NCBI RefSeq assembly: GCF_006345805.1
Contig: NC_043005.1
Location: 84,630,001 to 84,694,000, forward strand
DNA: 64,000 bases
Source: Octopus sinensis
Lineage: Eukaryota
Direction of reading: 5' to 3'
Shown here: positions 26,331 through 39,800 of the stretch, piece after piece
How positions within the stretch are numbered: the stretch's first letter is position 1
Layout: each line of letters begins with the position of its first letter
The notes under the pieces: generated by a model
The model's database searches: none
Told to the model about the DNA's origin: nothing
Seen by the model: only the letters and a program-made list of their open reading frames with translations
Position numbers and translations under genes: made by a program

Positions 26331-26734
26331 ATAACTCGGTCTCCTTTTATTGAACCTGGTCATAGTTTATTTATTTTCATTCAGCGTCTGGTTGCTGTTA
26401 GAAGTACCCTGTGTCAAAAACTATTATTCTTAGCAGATGTCCTCTTGGCATCATTCACATGTGCCTGACTCAGGCTCAGAAGTTAAAACCTGAGTTGTTA
26501 TCTATGATCGTAAAAATTAAAAGTAATTCAAATTCAATGTTTTCTCGAAACAATAAATTTCTATAGAGATTAGGATTTAAATTCCAATCTATGAAATGTT
26601 TCCATTCTACAATATTCTTAAAGGAACAAAGAATTATCCAGCCAATCAAGCTAATATGAACGAGTCTGGTTTAGGTGTAAAAGACTAAATGGCATCTCTT
26701 GTAAAGAGTACAGGTGACAGTCTGATCACTGATG

Positions 26735-26749
26735 TTTGGTATCTATCTG

Positions 26750-26790
<41 letters not shown>

Positions 26791-26828
26791 ATATCTATCT
26801 ATCTATCTATCCATCCATCTATCTACCC

Positions 26829-26903
<75 letters not shown>

Positions 26904-27280
26904 AATCAATCTATCTATCTATCCATCTATCTATCTATCTATAATCATCATCATCATCATTTAGCATCTGCTTCCATGCTGGCATGGGTTGGACGGTTCT
27001 ACTGAAACTGGTAAGCTTCGGTTCCAGTCTGATTTGGTTTCTACTGCTAAATGCCCTTGCTAATGCCAACCATCCCCAAAGCATAATGAGTGGTTTTCTT
27101 TTTACATGCCACTGGCACAGATGCCATTTACATGCCACTGGCATTGACCATGACTACAGTTTCACTTGGTTTGAATGGTTTTCTAAAGCACAGCATATTG
27201 CCAAAGGTCTCGGTCACTAGTCATTGCCTCTGTGAGACCCAACATTTGAAGATCATGTTTCATCACTTTGACCCATTTTT
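26735..27280. repeat. (TATC)n followed by a diverged RTE tail (26945-27280, minus)
   Basis: Direct repeat plus RTE tail motifs. Confidence 0.8.
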
Positions 27281-27310
27281 GACACACACACACACACACA
27301 CACAGACACG

Positions 27311-27349
<39 letters not shown>

Positions 27350-27368
27350 CATGTATATATATATAATA

Positions 27369-27434
<66 letters not shown>

Positions 27435-27713
27435 ATTATATCGATGGGGAATGAATAATTTGAACAATTAGTTTAACTTGCACGTTCACTTCAATAGAGG
27501 AATTTTTTCCTAAGCCTTTGAACATTCTTTTAATCAACATATCTCTCCCTCTCTATTTGTTCCCTAATTACTATCACTTTAACCCTTCTCCTCCTTCTAT
27601 CTACCTTTGACGTCAAATCTACTAACATTTTTAAAAAATACTTAATAACATTCTGTTTATCATGTAGGCAGCCATCGTAAACGTTATAATGCCTTGTTGT
27701 TGAGAGAGGATCT

Positions 27714-27804
27714 CTTTCTTTCCTGATGAGTAGATTGCATCTTACACCGTTTATTCCTTTGGAATAAAACCATGCTGTCTTCGAAACATATGTCGAAAGC
27801 AAAG
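27714..27804 (+). ncRNA. Type I hammerhead ribozyme, canonical core, extended stem II
   Basis: CTTTCTTTC-CTGATGA(27723-29)-G..stem II..C-GAAAC-ATAT-GTC-GAAAG(c)AAAG; palindromic ACATATGT; inner hairpin TTTATTCC/GGAATAAA. Confidence 0.85.
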
Positions 27805-27845
27805 GAATTTTATTAACATCTTCGTTCAACTCCATTTATATATAT

Positions 27846-27876
<31 letters not shown>

Positions 27877-27877
<1 letters not shown>

Positions 27878-28050
27878 GGGAGAATTCACAAGAAAAAACA
27901 AAAGATGAAGACAATGGTGTAGACAACAAACAGATGTATTAGTATAACGCTCAGGAAGTGAAAAAGTCTTTAACGTTTCGAGTCTATGCTCGAAACGCTC
28001 GAATACAGAAAGAAACAGGGAAAGAAAATAAAGAATGCGTAGTGGGTATC
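27877..28050 (-). mobile_element. Penelope-like pLTR fragment with a rearranged CUGU-type hammerhead
   Basis: GAGC(atag)ACTC-GAAAC-GTT-AAAGAC; homologous to 44690-44870. Confidence 0.6.
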
Positions 28051-28155
28051 TCTATATACATAGCTGTGTATATATATATAACAATTGCAGCATGGAAGGT
28101 GTTTGTAAGCAATTTAAGAAACACACAAAAGCCGTTTGATTCACTTTAAGTTTAA

Positions 28156-28206
28156 TTTGTCAAAATATTTTCGTCGCTATAAGACCGCGACCTGTTCACT
28201 GACAAA
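28156..28206 (-). ncRNA. Minimal type I hammerhead, G3:C8 core variant
   Basis: TTTGTCA-GTGAACA-G-GTCGC(ggtcttata)GCGAC-GAAAA-TA-TTT-TGACAAA; stem I 7 bp, stem II 5 bp, palindromic AATATT; weak UUU triplet. Confidence 0.7.
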
Positions 28207-28260
28207 AATCCGTGCTGCATCTCAGATCAAATCATTTGCTATGCAAGTAACATCTCCATA

Positions 28261-28296
<36 letters not shown>

Positions 28297-29583
28297 ATAT
28301 ATATTATATTATATACATATTCATATATAAATAAATATACATATATAATATTATATTTGTTATATTTATGCACACACATAAATAAATGTATATACACAAG
28401 CATATAAATATGCATGCTTATACATCACCACGTATATATATCCTTGCCTGCATGTATGCGTATGTGTATATTTCTGTGTATTAGTGTGTGTGAGAGTATA
28501 TATAAATACATACATACACACACACGCACACGCACATATATATATATGTATCTATGTATGAATATATATATATGTATGTATGTTTATATTCGTGTGACGT
28601 GTGAGTGCTGTGTTCGTGTGAATCGTAATTGAAGTCAATCTGTTAAAGACTGGGTTTTTTTCTTGTTTTTCTCTTTATTATCCTTTTCTTTTTAATATAT
28701 TCTTTTTTATATCATTGTCGAAAAGCTATTTCAATTATGCAAATACTAAATAACAACATTGATAATAACAACCACCACCACAACCACCACAACAATAACA
28801 ACAACAACAAAAGCAATGACAAGCTATTGCCATTCTGATTGGTCGATAAAATTACCCCATGTTCATTCACTTTTACATATACACGGACATGTGAAAATGT
28901 AATTATCTTCTGTGTAGAGATAAATACATATGTATTTTATGATGAATATTATCTATGTATATGTATATGTGTGCGTGTGTGTGTGCATGCATGTGTGAAT
29001 GTGCAAGTATTTGTACATATGTATATATATGTATATGCATGTGTATATATATATATGTATATACATATAAATATATATATATTTACAGACACATGCACAT
29101 ATGTATGTATGTGTATAAATACGTGCATGCAATACATTTAAATTGATGTGTATATGTATTTGTGCATGTGTGTGTGTATATATATATATATACATATATA
29201 TATATACACACACGCACAGGATTTGTATTTGCATGTATATATATTTTAAATGCATATAAATATGCAAATATATGTAAATATATTCGAGTGGTTTGTAGAT
29301 ATATATATATATTTAATATATATATAGTATATATATATATATATATATTATCTATATATGTATATATATATGTATATATATATATATATCTATATTATAT
29401 ATATATATATAGTATATATATGTATATATATATGTATTAATATATATATATCTTTATATATATATATATATATATAATATATATTAATATATATATTATA
29501 TAAAGATATATATATATATACATATATGTGTATATGTCTATCTATCATCTATCTATCTCTATATCTATATCTATCTATCTGTC

Positions 29584-29641
<58 letters not shown>

Positions 29642-29644
29642 ATC

Positions 29645-29709
<65 letters not shown>

Positions 29710-30812
29710 ATTTAAAGCAGCGGAAAATTCAACAAAACCTGTTACTCTGCGTTTCCCGTTGCCATTCATCGGACAGTTTTTGCATATTACTCTACCACTG
29801 GTATTTGAGTACTCTTTTTTCCATCTTGTTTCACATTTATGTGTTTACTCCAGTATATATACATATATATATGTATATATGTCATTTATACACATATACA
29901 TAAAAAATGTATGGTATATATATATATGCACACACATATGTATACATACATATGTATGTATACATATAAGTATATATTGTTATACATATCGGTACATGTG
30001 TATATACATATATGAGTGAAAGTGTGCATATATATATATATATATATATACATACATATATATGTATATATATAGATATAGATAGATAGATAAATGAAAT
30101 AGAGAGATACTATATAAATAGTTAGAAAGATAAAGAAAAGAGAAAGACTGATGAGGAAGGAGAGGTTGGAAAGAAAGAGACTGAGGCGTGCATGTGATAA
30201 AAACGATATCTTAACGGGCCACAAGCACTTATAAAACTGTCCACTTTGAATAGATCCGGATTTAGTCGCGTTAAACGGTTGAATGTGGAACCTCCTACCT
30301 TCCTCCCTGTAGACGTTGACAGTCTATTGCCGGCAACATTCCCGGAAGATTCTTCTACATATTTCCGACAGCTATGTGAACTTAAATTTATTGAGGTTTC
30401 GGATGTTGCTGACATGGTTGTTGTTGTCGTTGTTGTTGTTGGTAATATCGTGGCTGTTTATGTTTGTGTTGTTGCTTTTACTACTGCTATTTAAGTTGAT
30501 ATAACTGTGTATGCATGTGTGTGTGTGTGTGGATGGGTGTGGGGGTGCCTGTATGTATATTAATATACATGTATATATATATATTATATATATATATATA
30601 TATATACACAAACATACACACACACATAAATATTTATATGTACATATCTATATATACTATACATATGTATGTATGAATGCATGTATCTATTTATCTCTCC
30701 TGTCTCTGTCTCTCTCTTTCTCTTTCTATATATAATATATATATAAATATATATGTATATCTATATATATGTGTATATATACATATGTATATATATGTAT
30801 ATGCATATATAG

Positions 30813-30859
<47 letters not shown>

Positions 30860-31317
30860 ATATATATTATATATATAATATATATGGATATATATGTATA
30901 TATATATATATATGTATATATAGATAATACATACCATACATACATACATCACATACATACATACATACATACATGCATATATACATACACACATATATAC
31001 AAGATTACACAAAACTCTAGAGACACTAGGTTTTGTGATGGAAGAGCAAAAAAATAAAAAAATAAAAAAAAACAGATGCAGATTCCCCAAATCTCCAAAT
31101 CCAGTATATTAGTGGCACACTGAACCCTTTTAAGATGTTCCAAAGATTCTCCTTTTAGATTCGACACTTCAACCAACTCAGCTACATATTTAGAAAACAG
31201 TGGCAACTCTCTTAGCTCAGAAAGACTTGTTACATTCTTAGCAAGTGGCTTGAAGTGTCTTCAGAAAAACTTAATTAAAACTCAAGGAAAAAAACCCATT
31301 CATATATATGTATTTAT

Positions 31318-34300
31318 CATCATCATCATCATCATCATCATCATCGTCGTTTAACGTCCGTTCTCCATGCTAGCATGGGTTGGACGGTTCGACCGGGGAT
31401 CTGGGAAGCCAGAAGGCTGCACCAGGCTCCAGTCTTATCTGGCAGTGTTTCTACAGCTGGATGCCATCCTAACGCCAACCACTCCGTGAGTGTAGTGGGT
31501 GCTTTTACGTGCCACCTGCACAGGTGCCAGGCGAGGCTGGCAACGGCCACGGTCGGATTGGTGTATTTTATGTGCCACCGGCACGGAAGCCAGACGAGGC
31601 GGTGCTGGCATCGGCCACGAGTCGGATGGTGCTTTTTACGTACCACCAGACCAGGGATCCTGGCTGGTTCAATTTGATTTCGATTTCGATTTCGCTTGCC
31701 CCAACATGTCTTCGCAAGCAAGGGGGTTGGCATGGGTGCCTGTTGTATGGTCAGATTGGTGTATTTTACGTGCCACCGGCACGGAAGCCAGCGGAGGCGG
31801 CACTGGCATCGGCCACGAGTCGGATAGTGCTTTTTACGTACCACCAGACCAGGGAACCTGGCTGGTTCGATTCGATTTCGCTTGCCCCAACATGTCTTCG
31901 CAAGCAAGGGGGTTGGCATGGGTGCCTGTTGTACGGTCAGATTGGTGTATTTTACGTGCCACCGGCACAGAAGCCAGTGGAGGCGGCGCTGGCATCGGCC
32001 ACGAGTCGGATAGTGCTTTTTACGTACCACCAGACCAGGGATCCTGGCTGGTTCAATTCGATTTTGACTTCGATTTCGATTTCGCTTGCCCCAACATGTC
32101 TTCGCAAGCAAAGGGGGTTGGCATGGGTGCCTGTCGTCGGATGAGGTTCTATATCGACTTCGCTTGCCTCAACAGGTCTTTGTGTCCAAGGGAGGAAAGG
32201 CATTCATAAGTGGGCTGGGCTCACTTGTCCTGCCTGGTCTTCTCACGTACAGAATATTTCCAAAGGTCTCGGTCGCTGGTCATTTCCTCAGTGAGGCCTA
32301 AAGTTCGAAGGTCGTGCTTCACCACCTCGTCCCAGGTTTTCCTGGGTCTACCTCTTCCACGGGTTCCCTCAACTGCTAAGGATTGGCACTTTCTCACACA
32401 CCTATCTTCATCCATTCTCGCCACATGACCATACCAGCGCAATCGTCTCTCTTGCACACCACACTGATGCCTCTTAGGTACAACATTTCTCTCAAGGTGC
32501 TAACGCTCTGTCGAGTATGTACACTGACATTACACATCCATCGGAGCATACTGGCTTCATTCCTCACGAGCTTATGCATATCCTCGGCAGTCACGGCCCA
32601 TGTTTCACTGCCATGTAGCATGGCTGTTCGTACACACACATCATACAGTCTGCCTTTTACTCTGAGCGAGAGGCCTTTAGTCACCAGCAGAGGTAAGAGC
32701 TCCCTAAACTTTGCCCAGGCTATTCTTATTCTAGCAGTTACACTTTCAGCGCCCCCCCCCCCCACTACTGACTTGGTCACCTAGATAACGGAAGCTATCA
32801 ACTACTTCTAGTTTTTCCCCTTGGAAAGTGACTGAAGTTATTTTCTGCAGATTTTCGGAGGTTAATGCTCCTGAGCATCTGTCACATACAAAAACTATCT
32901 TCCCAGTTAGCCTACCTTTGACATTGCTGCACCTCTTATGTGTCCATAGTTTACACTGGGTACATCTTATAGAGTTTCTACCTACACCTTTTCTACAGAT
33001 CGAGCAGGGCCATCTTCCTGAAGACATTTGTGGATTGTCCACCTTCCTACTTATTAGTACTTTGGTTTTAGCTAGGTTGACTCTAAGGCCCCTCGATTCT
33101 AAACCCTCCTTCCACACCTGGAACTTCTCCTCCAGCTCTGATAGTGACTCAGCAATAAGAGCAAGGTCGTCAGCGTAGAGGAGCTCCCAGGGACAACCTG
33201 TCTTGAATTCCTCCGTAATTGCCTGTAGGACTATGATAAATAGGAGGGGGCTGAGTACTGAACCCTGGTGGACCCCACCTCTACTTTGAATTCTTCTGTG
33301 TACATGTTGCTAACCCTAACCTTACTTACGGCATCTCTGTACATGGCTTGCACAGTCCTCACCAGCCATTCATCTATCCCTAGTTTCCTCATTGACCACC
33401 AGATAAGGGATCGGGGGACCTATCAAAAGCTTTCTCCATGTCAACAAAAGCCAGGTACAGGGCTTATCTTTGGCTAGGTATTTCTCCTGCAGCTGCCTTA
33501 CCAGGAATATAGCATCCGTGGTACTTTTCCCTTGCACGAACCCAAACTGCATGCATCTCATCTACTAACTCTCTCTCTAATTAGTTGGGCTATGACCCTC
33601 TCCGTAACCTTCATTACTTGATCCAACAGCTTGATACCTCTGTAATTATTTGTATCTAGGCATCACCTTTACCTTTGTAGCAGTTGACTAGTATGCTGCT
33701 ACACCAGTCATTGGTATGACTCCTTCGTGTATCACCTGGTTGACTATACGGGTGACTAGGTTATAGCCGACACTGCCAGATTTTGAGCATCTCTGCAGTA
33801 ATTCCTGATTGGCCTGGGGCTTTCCCTGTCTTCATGCTTCTAATTGCCTTAGCTACCACGGAACTATCAACTCGGATAGCTGGTCCCTCTGTTGGGTCAA
33901 CATTCGGCAGACTCTCTTTATCCCATTCATTTTCTTTATTCAGCAACCTTTCATAGTGGCATCTCCAAACCTCTCTCTTTGCATCCTCATTTAGCGCAAG
34001 TGAACCATCGTCCATGCGAACACACTTCTCTCCTACCACATCACGATTCTCTCTCACACACTGTCTTGCAACACGAAATACCTCAAGTCTTTCATCCTCA
34101 CGGCTCAGAACATTGGCAAATTTTTTCTTATCCGCTTCCCCTCTGGCTAAATAAACCTGTCTCCTAGCTTCCCTTCTGGCTGTCTGATACAATTCCCTGC
34201 TACCACCATTCCTCCAGTCCTTCCAAGCCTGTCTCTTTTGTCTAATAGCCCTGTCAACCACAGAGTTCCACCACCATGTTACTCTGGGTCGAGATGGTAC

Positions 34301-35600
34301 TTTGCTCTATCCACAGATCTGGTCAGTGGCTGTCAGCAGATTGTCCCGTAGAAATCTCCAGTAGCCTTCCACATTAAGTGAAGCTATATCCGCTTCTATT
34401 TCGTCAAAGGCTTCGAGTAGTATGTCTCTAAATCTCTGTCCATTTGCAGGATCTTTAAGCTTCCAGACCCTTCTCCTCCAAGCAGGTCTTCTTCTGGGCA
34501 ACCATTTAGCTCTGATCCTAAGTCGCTAACTACTAATCTATGTTGAGGAGTACATTCTTCGCCTGGAAAGGTTTTGGCATTTATAAGCAGCCCTCTTTCC
34601 CTTTTTCTGGCAAGGATGTAGTCAATCTGGCTGGTGTGTCTGCCAGAACGGTAGGTGACTAGGTGAGAGGTGGTTTCCTGAAGTTGGTATTGCAGACCAT
34701 AAGGTCATTTGCATCGCAGAACTCCAGCAGCCTGGTTCCTCCTCATTTCGAGAGCCAAAACCGTAGCCTCCATGGACGCCATGGAAGCCCCCGACATGCC
34801 GTCCGACATGTCCATTGAAATCACCTGCCACGAAGAGAAGGTCACTGTCATTTGTCAACGAGGTAGTCCGCAATAGGGTGTCATAGAATTGGTCTTTTTG
34901 TCCTTCTGGTAGTCCTGGTTGAGGGGCATATGCCGAGATGATGGTAGCTGTCCTGTGGTGAAGGACTAATCTAATTTTAATTACTCTGTCACTTACTCTG
35001 ACTACCTCGATTACCTTACCCACCCATTTCTCTGCAAGAAGTATACCCACGCCCCCGACCCCGTCAGTGTTCCCTGCCCAGAAAATCTTGTACCTGTGTT
35101 CCTTGCCTGTGAGGAGCCTAGCGGAACCTCCTCTCCACCTTACTTCCTGGATACAACATACATCCACCACGTCTCCGTTCAAGCAGCTCTACAATCTCTC
35201 CAGACCTACCTTTCAATGTGCCAACATTGAGTGTGCCAACTCTGAGAGTGTGGGAGGTGTAGGCCTCTGAGACCCTGGGATGAGGGACAGTCGTGTCATG
35301 TACCTGAAAAGAAAGCTTGCAGTTGGCAGATTTCATACTGAAACACTAGACTTCAACCTGCATACATTTCACAATTTTTGCGCTATATGATCAAATAAAC
35401 CCTACATGGGGATGGGGGTGGGGGTGGTAAGTAAGACTGGGTTAGAAACTTCCATACAGCTGCATACGTTTCACCGTTTTTGCTCCATATGATCAAAAAG
35501 AACCGACGTGGATGTATACGCGGGAGGGGGAGTCAAGACAGCGGTAGAAAACTTCCGGTTATTGGTGGAGGGGGTGGAGGGCGGGCGCCTCGAAGGAGCA
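31318..35600 (-). mobile_element. Near full-length RTE-clade LINE with frameshifted APE-RT ORF
   Basis: APE: TLRVGTLNVGTL, DVCCIQEVRW, SAYAPQ, AGDFNGHVG. RT: QFGFVQGKSTTDAIF, WELLYADDLAL (~33160-33190). C-terminus RLRWYGHVAR. Modular 3' UTR and (GAT)n tail. Several frameshifts. Confidence 0.95.
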
Positions 35601-35853
35601 GCGAGAATGAATATAAATCGTAGGGAATATTACACACCATCTAGCGAGAATGAATATAAATCGTAGTGAATATTACACACCATCTAGAAACTTTGGAAGT
35701 ACATATATATTTTATTAAGTGACTAAAAGAGTATTTTGTCCCTCAAAAATACAAGTCTTGCCAATGCTGACCACCACCAAGTTTCGTTTGATACTGTTTT
35801 ATATGTATTTATAAATGTCTATTTCTGTTTCATTGTTAATATGTATATATATA

Positions 35854-35879
<26 letters not shown>

Positions 35880-35884
<5 letters not shown>

Positions 35885-37143
35885 CATCATCATCATCATC
35901 ATCGTTTAACGTCCGCTTTCCGCGCTAGCACGGGTTGGACGGTTCGACTGGGTCTGGGAAGCCAGGGGCCGCTCCAGGCTCCAGTCTGAATCTGGCAGAG
36001 TTTCTACGGCTGGATGCCTTCCTAACACCAACCACTCCGTGAGTGGATTGGGTTGCTTTTTACGTGCCACCTGCACAGGGGCCGGAGGGTCCGGCATTGG
36101 TCACAATCGGTTCGAGCTTTAACTGTTAGCGGCACGGGGGCAACGAGGTCCGGGGTACTTTGGGGATCGGGGTACTTTGGGGATCCAGGGTACTTGGGGA
36201 TCCGGGGTACTTAGAATGGGTAGGGGGTATGTGGAATTGCTGCAGAAAGCAACCCGGGTCTTTGTAGTCACAGCATATCTCCAGAGATCTCAGTCCTTCG
36301 CCATTGCCTCAGTGAGGCCCAATGCTCTGAGGTCATGCTTGACTACCTCATCCCATGTCTTCCTGGGTCTACCTGGAAGGGTTGGTGTAGGTTTGTAAGA
36401 AATAAAAACGTAGGATATTACGAGGCAGGAGGGTACTAAAAGGGGATGGTCGGATTGAGGCAGTGTCAGGAGGAAGCGTAAGATCGGTGGGCAGTTGATG
36501 AGCTATGGCGCTAGCAGCTTGTCTTTTCACAGTGAAAGCATATGAGGAGAAGGGGTAGTGGGGGGGAGGAGGGAGTAGGGCGTATCCGGTGTAGATGGTG
36601 AGAACAGTGTTCATCGGTATTGGTGGTGGCGGTGAGAACAGTGTTCACCGGTATTGGTGGTGGCGGTGAGAACAGTGTTCATCGGTATTGGTGGTGGGGG
36701 TGGGGGGGGGGGCACCGCCGATGGCGGAAAGATGGGGAAAGATGGGATTAAGGCTTGAGGTAGCCTAAGGTTAAATTTCGTAGAGAGAGAGATAGGAAAG
36801 ATAAATCAAGTTATGGCGAAGGCTTGAAAGTAGCCTTAAAGGTTAAATTTTCGTAGTGAGAGAGATGGGTAAGACGAATCAAGTTATCAATGTATGAATA
36901 AACGTAGTAACAACGAATGAATGTATGTCGCGCTATGTATGGAAAAATAAAAATAGTAAGATAAATTTTTAAGAACTTGCGGGCATCGACCGGGAGTTGA
37001 AATTGAAGAAGAAAGTAAGTTGAATTGGGAATTTAAATTGTAGAATCGTAATGGTAATGGCGATTTTCAAGTTTTAGCATAAGAAGAAGAAGAGGAGGAA
37101 AGACCGCCGATGGTGGAAAGATGGGGAAAGATGGGATTAAGGC
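35880..37143 (-). mobile_element. Chimeric RTE 3' end (35880-36375) fused to an unrelated 5' segment with 33-bp x3 and 43-bp x2 direct repeats
   Basis: RTE homology (RPRKTWDEVVKHDL) stops at ~36378; repeats GGTGAGAACAGTGTTCATCGGTATTGGTGGTGG and ACCGCCGATGG(C/T)GGAAAGATGGGGAAAGATGGGATTAAGGCTT. Confidence 0.7.
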
Positions 37144-38179
37144 TTATATAAATAGAGAGACAAACAGACAGACAGACAAATAGATAGACAGACAGTTGTG
37201 ATTCAGTGAGTTTTGGCTGCTATTTCTAGCAAGTACATTTAACATTGATACATCATATATTTCGATCTTTTTTGGTTTTTGCTTTCCTCCCAGTTTTTTC
37301 TCTGTCCGTCTTTGTATATATTTTTGCTAAACACTTGCTGTTGTTTCTAGCATATGAAATGACACAGTTTAATGGACCTGTTGTATTGGATTTGTTTTGC
37401 ATGACAAACAGGCGTAGAATTTTAAACTGTAGCTAATTTCAGAAGTACAGAGGATTGGAGGGGCATTTGGCTGCTATTTCAAGCAACTCTAGCTATATAA
37501 CTATGTATGAAGTTACGTGAGACAATATGGGGCTGTTTTCTCTGTAAATTTGGCTGCTATTACTAGCAGCTCTTGCATTCAGTTGCATTTTATATGTCAT
37601 GCTTTTAATTATATTTTTAAATTAGGTATTAATTTGCATTTAATTATTAAAATGAAATTAATACAACAACAAAAAACTAGTTACAGACACAAACTTAAAT
37701 ACAAAGTTTGCTAGAAACAACAGTTATATGAATGCATTGCATATTTTCTCACAAAGGGTCCCTTCCCAAAATATATGTCTAGATTTGGTTTGTGCTTCAG
37801 TACAAGAGACTAACTGAATACGTATGGGGTGGATTTCTAAAATAAAATCTGTGAGACTGATGCCCCCAAATCAACATAACGAGACTACGAATATAATCAG
37901 CAGAGAAGGAATGGAACCCGCATGTCAGAGTATATCTTGTCATAGTTTACAAATGTATTTGGGAAGATGACTGGGAGCATACGAATGGATATATATATAT
38001 ATACATCCATCATTCTAACTATGCAACATACATTTACATATATATATTTTTATATATCAGGGCATTACCATACATAAATGCTTCACACTACGAGGGACTA
38101 TTAAAGTCAAACTACCATAATAAACATTATATGTGTATATATATATATATATACACATGTTTGTGTGCACCACAAATGA

Positions 38180-38367
38180 ATAGGCACAGGTGTTCCTGTG
38201 TGGTAAGACGTTTGCTTTCCAACCAGAGGGTTCTGTGTTCAGTCCCACTGCATGGCACCTAGGGCAATTCTCTTCTATTTTGACCCCGGGCCTTGTAAGT
38301 GGACCTTGTCAGATGGAAACTGAAGTGAGCCCATCAGACATAAATATATGTATATATATACATACAT

Positions 38368-38455
<88 letters not shown>

Positions 38456-38489
38456 AGATAGAGAGATAGATAGATAGATAGATAGATAG

Positions 38490-38532
<43 letters not shown>

Positions 38533-38770
38533 TGTGCATGTAGGTGTGCCTGGCTGTGTGTCAGCCTCCCTCCCACCCTCATCATAACTTGACAACCGAT
38601 GGTGGTGTGCTTACATCCCTGTAATTTCATTCGGCAAAAAAGACCGCCAGAATATGTACTAAGCTCCCAAAGAGTAAGCCCTGGAGTCGATTTGTTTGGC
38701 TAAAGCCCTTTAAGGCATTGCTCCAGCATGACCACAGTCCCATTGCTGAAACAAGTAAAAGAATAAAAGA
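38180..38770 (+). mobile_element. SINE family A with internal microsatellite expansion
   Basis: Head, central and tail motifs as in 4009-4385. Confidence 0.8.
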
Positions 38771-38959
38771 GTGTTTATATATCTATACAGATGGATGGTT
38801 AGATAAATAGATAGATAGAAAGATAGATAGGTAGATAGATAGATAGGAAGATAGAAAGATAGATAGAGAATATGATGATACTGTGGTGCCCCTGCATGGC
38901 CGTGACCTTTACACTAGAGGTCAATACTACATATGTATATATATGTGTGTGTGTATAAA

Positions 38960-39800
38960 TATTCTTTTAGTTACATGACAGTGGCCATGTTGGAGCAACC
39001 CCAGGACTTATTCATTGCAAGCCCTGCACCCACTCTGTCAGTCACTGTTGCCGAACCACAAAGTTACAGGGATGTAAACACACCAACATCGGCTGTCAAG
39101 CAATGGTGTGGACAACCACAGACAAGCAATATATACATACAGTGGTGGGGAAATAAATATTCGTGATGTGTCATAATTCCTCATTTATTTAATTTCTAAT
39201 GAACATAAATGGGATATACCAATACTATACTTGCATTCACCTGCATAAACTAAGAATACTTTTTTCACCCCTAAATATTTATAATTGTATATAAACTCCT
39301 TAGTTACTATAATTTATTAGTTTCATTTGCATATTCTTAGTTTATGCATGTGTATGCAAATATAGCACTGGTATATCCCATTTTCCTATCATTTTCCCTA
39401 AACATGTTAGGTATTTAACCAGCAACTCCTTGAATGGTGCCATCCCTTAACTAAGGCGAAATTCACCCCTAATTGAACTTATGAATATATGAAAACATCC
39501 AAGATTGTATTCTGATAGGAAAAAGGAAAACACCCAAAGGTGCTGCTTCACCTTTTTAATCAGTGAACGGAAATAAAAAGAGAATAAATAAATTTCCCTC
39601 TCTCTCTCTTTCGGAGAGGCACAAGCACCTACACGCACATATACACACACAGCAGTAACTTCCACCTACCGAATTCAATCACAAAGCTCCGGTCAGCTCG
39701 GGGCTATAGTGGAAGGCACCTACCCAAAGTGCCATGCAGTGGGACCGAACCCAAAACCGTGTAGATACGAAGCAAGCTCCCTAACCACACAGCCATGCCC
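38960..39800 (-). mobile_element. SINE family A fragments (38960-39125 3' part; 39620-39800 5' part)
   Basis: Shared motifs. Confidence 0.65.

Noticed and set aside
29745-29785. Minus-strand CCGATGAA...GAAAC hammerhead-like string
   Set aside because: U4 is altered, there is no proper NUH site, and stem I does not pair
31150-31270. Minus-strand CTGAAGA with a CACTTCAA/TTGAAGTG stem
   Set aside because: It is followed by TCGAATC rather than GAAAC and has two extra nucleotides; possibly a decayed HHR but not supportable
31341-32209. Long ORFs of 211-256 aa
   Set aside because: They arise from the triplicated RTE 3' UTR, are open in several frames, and have no domain
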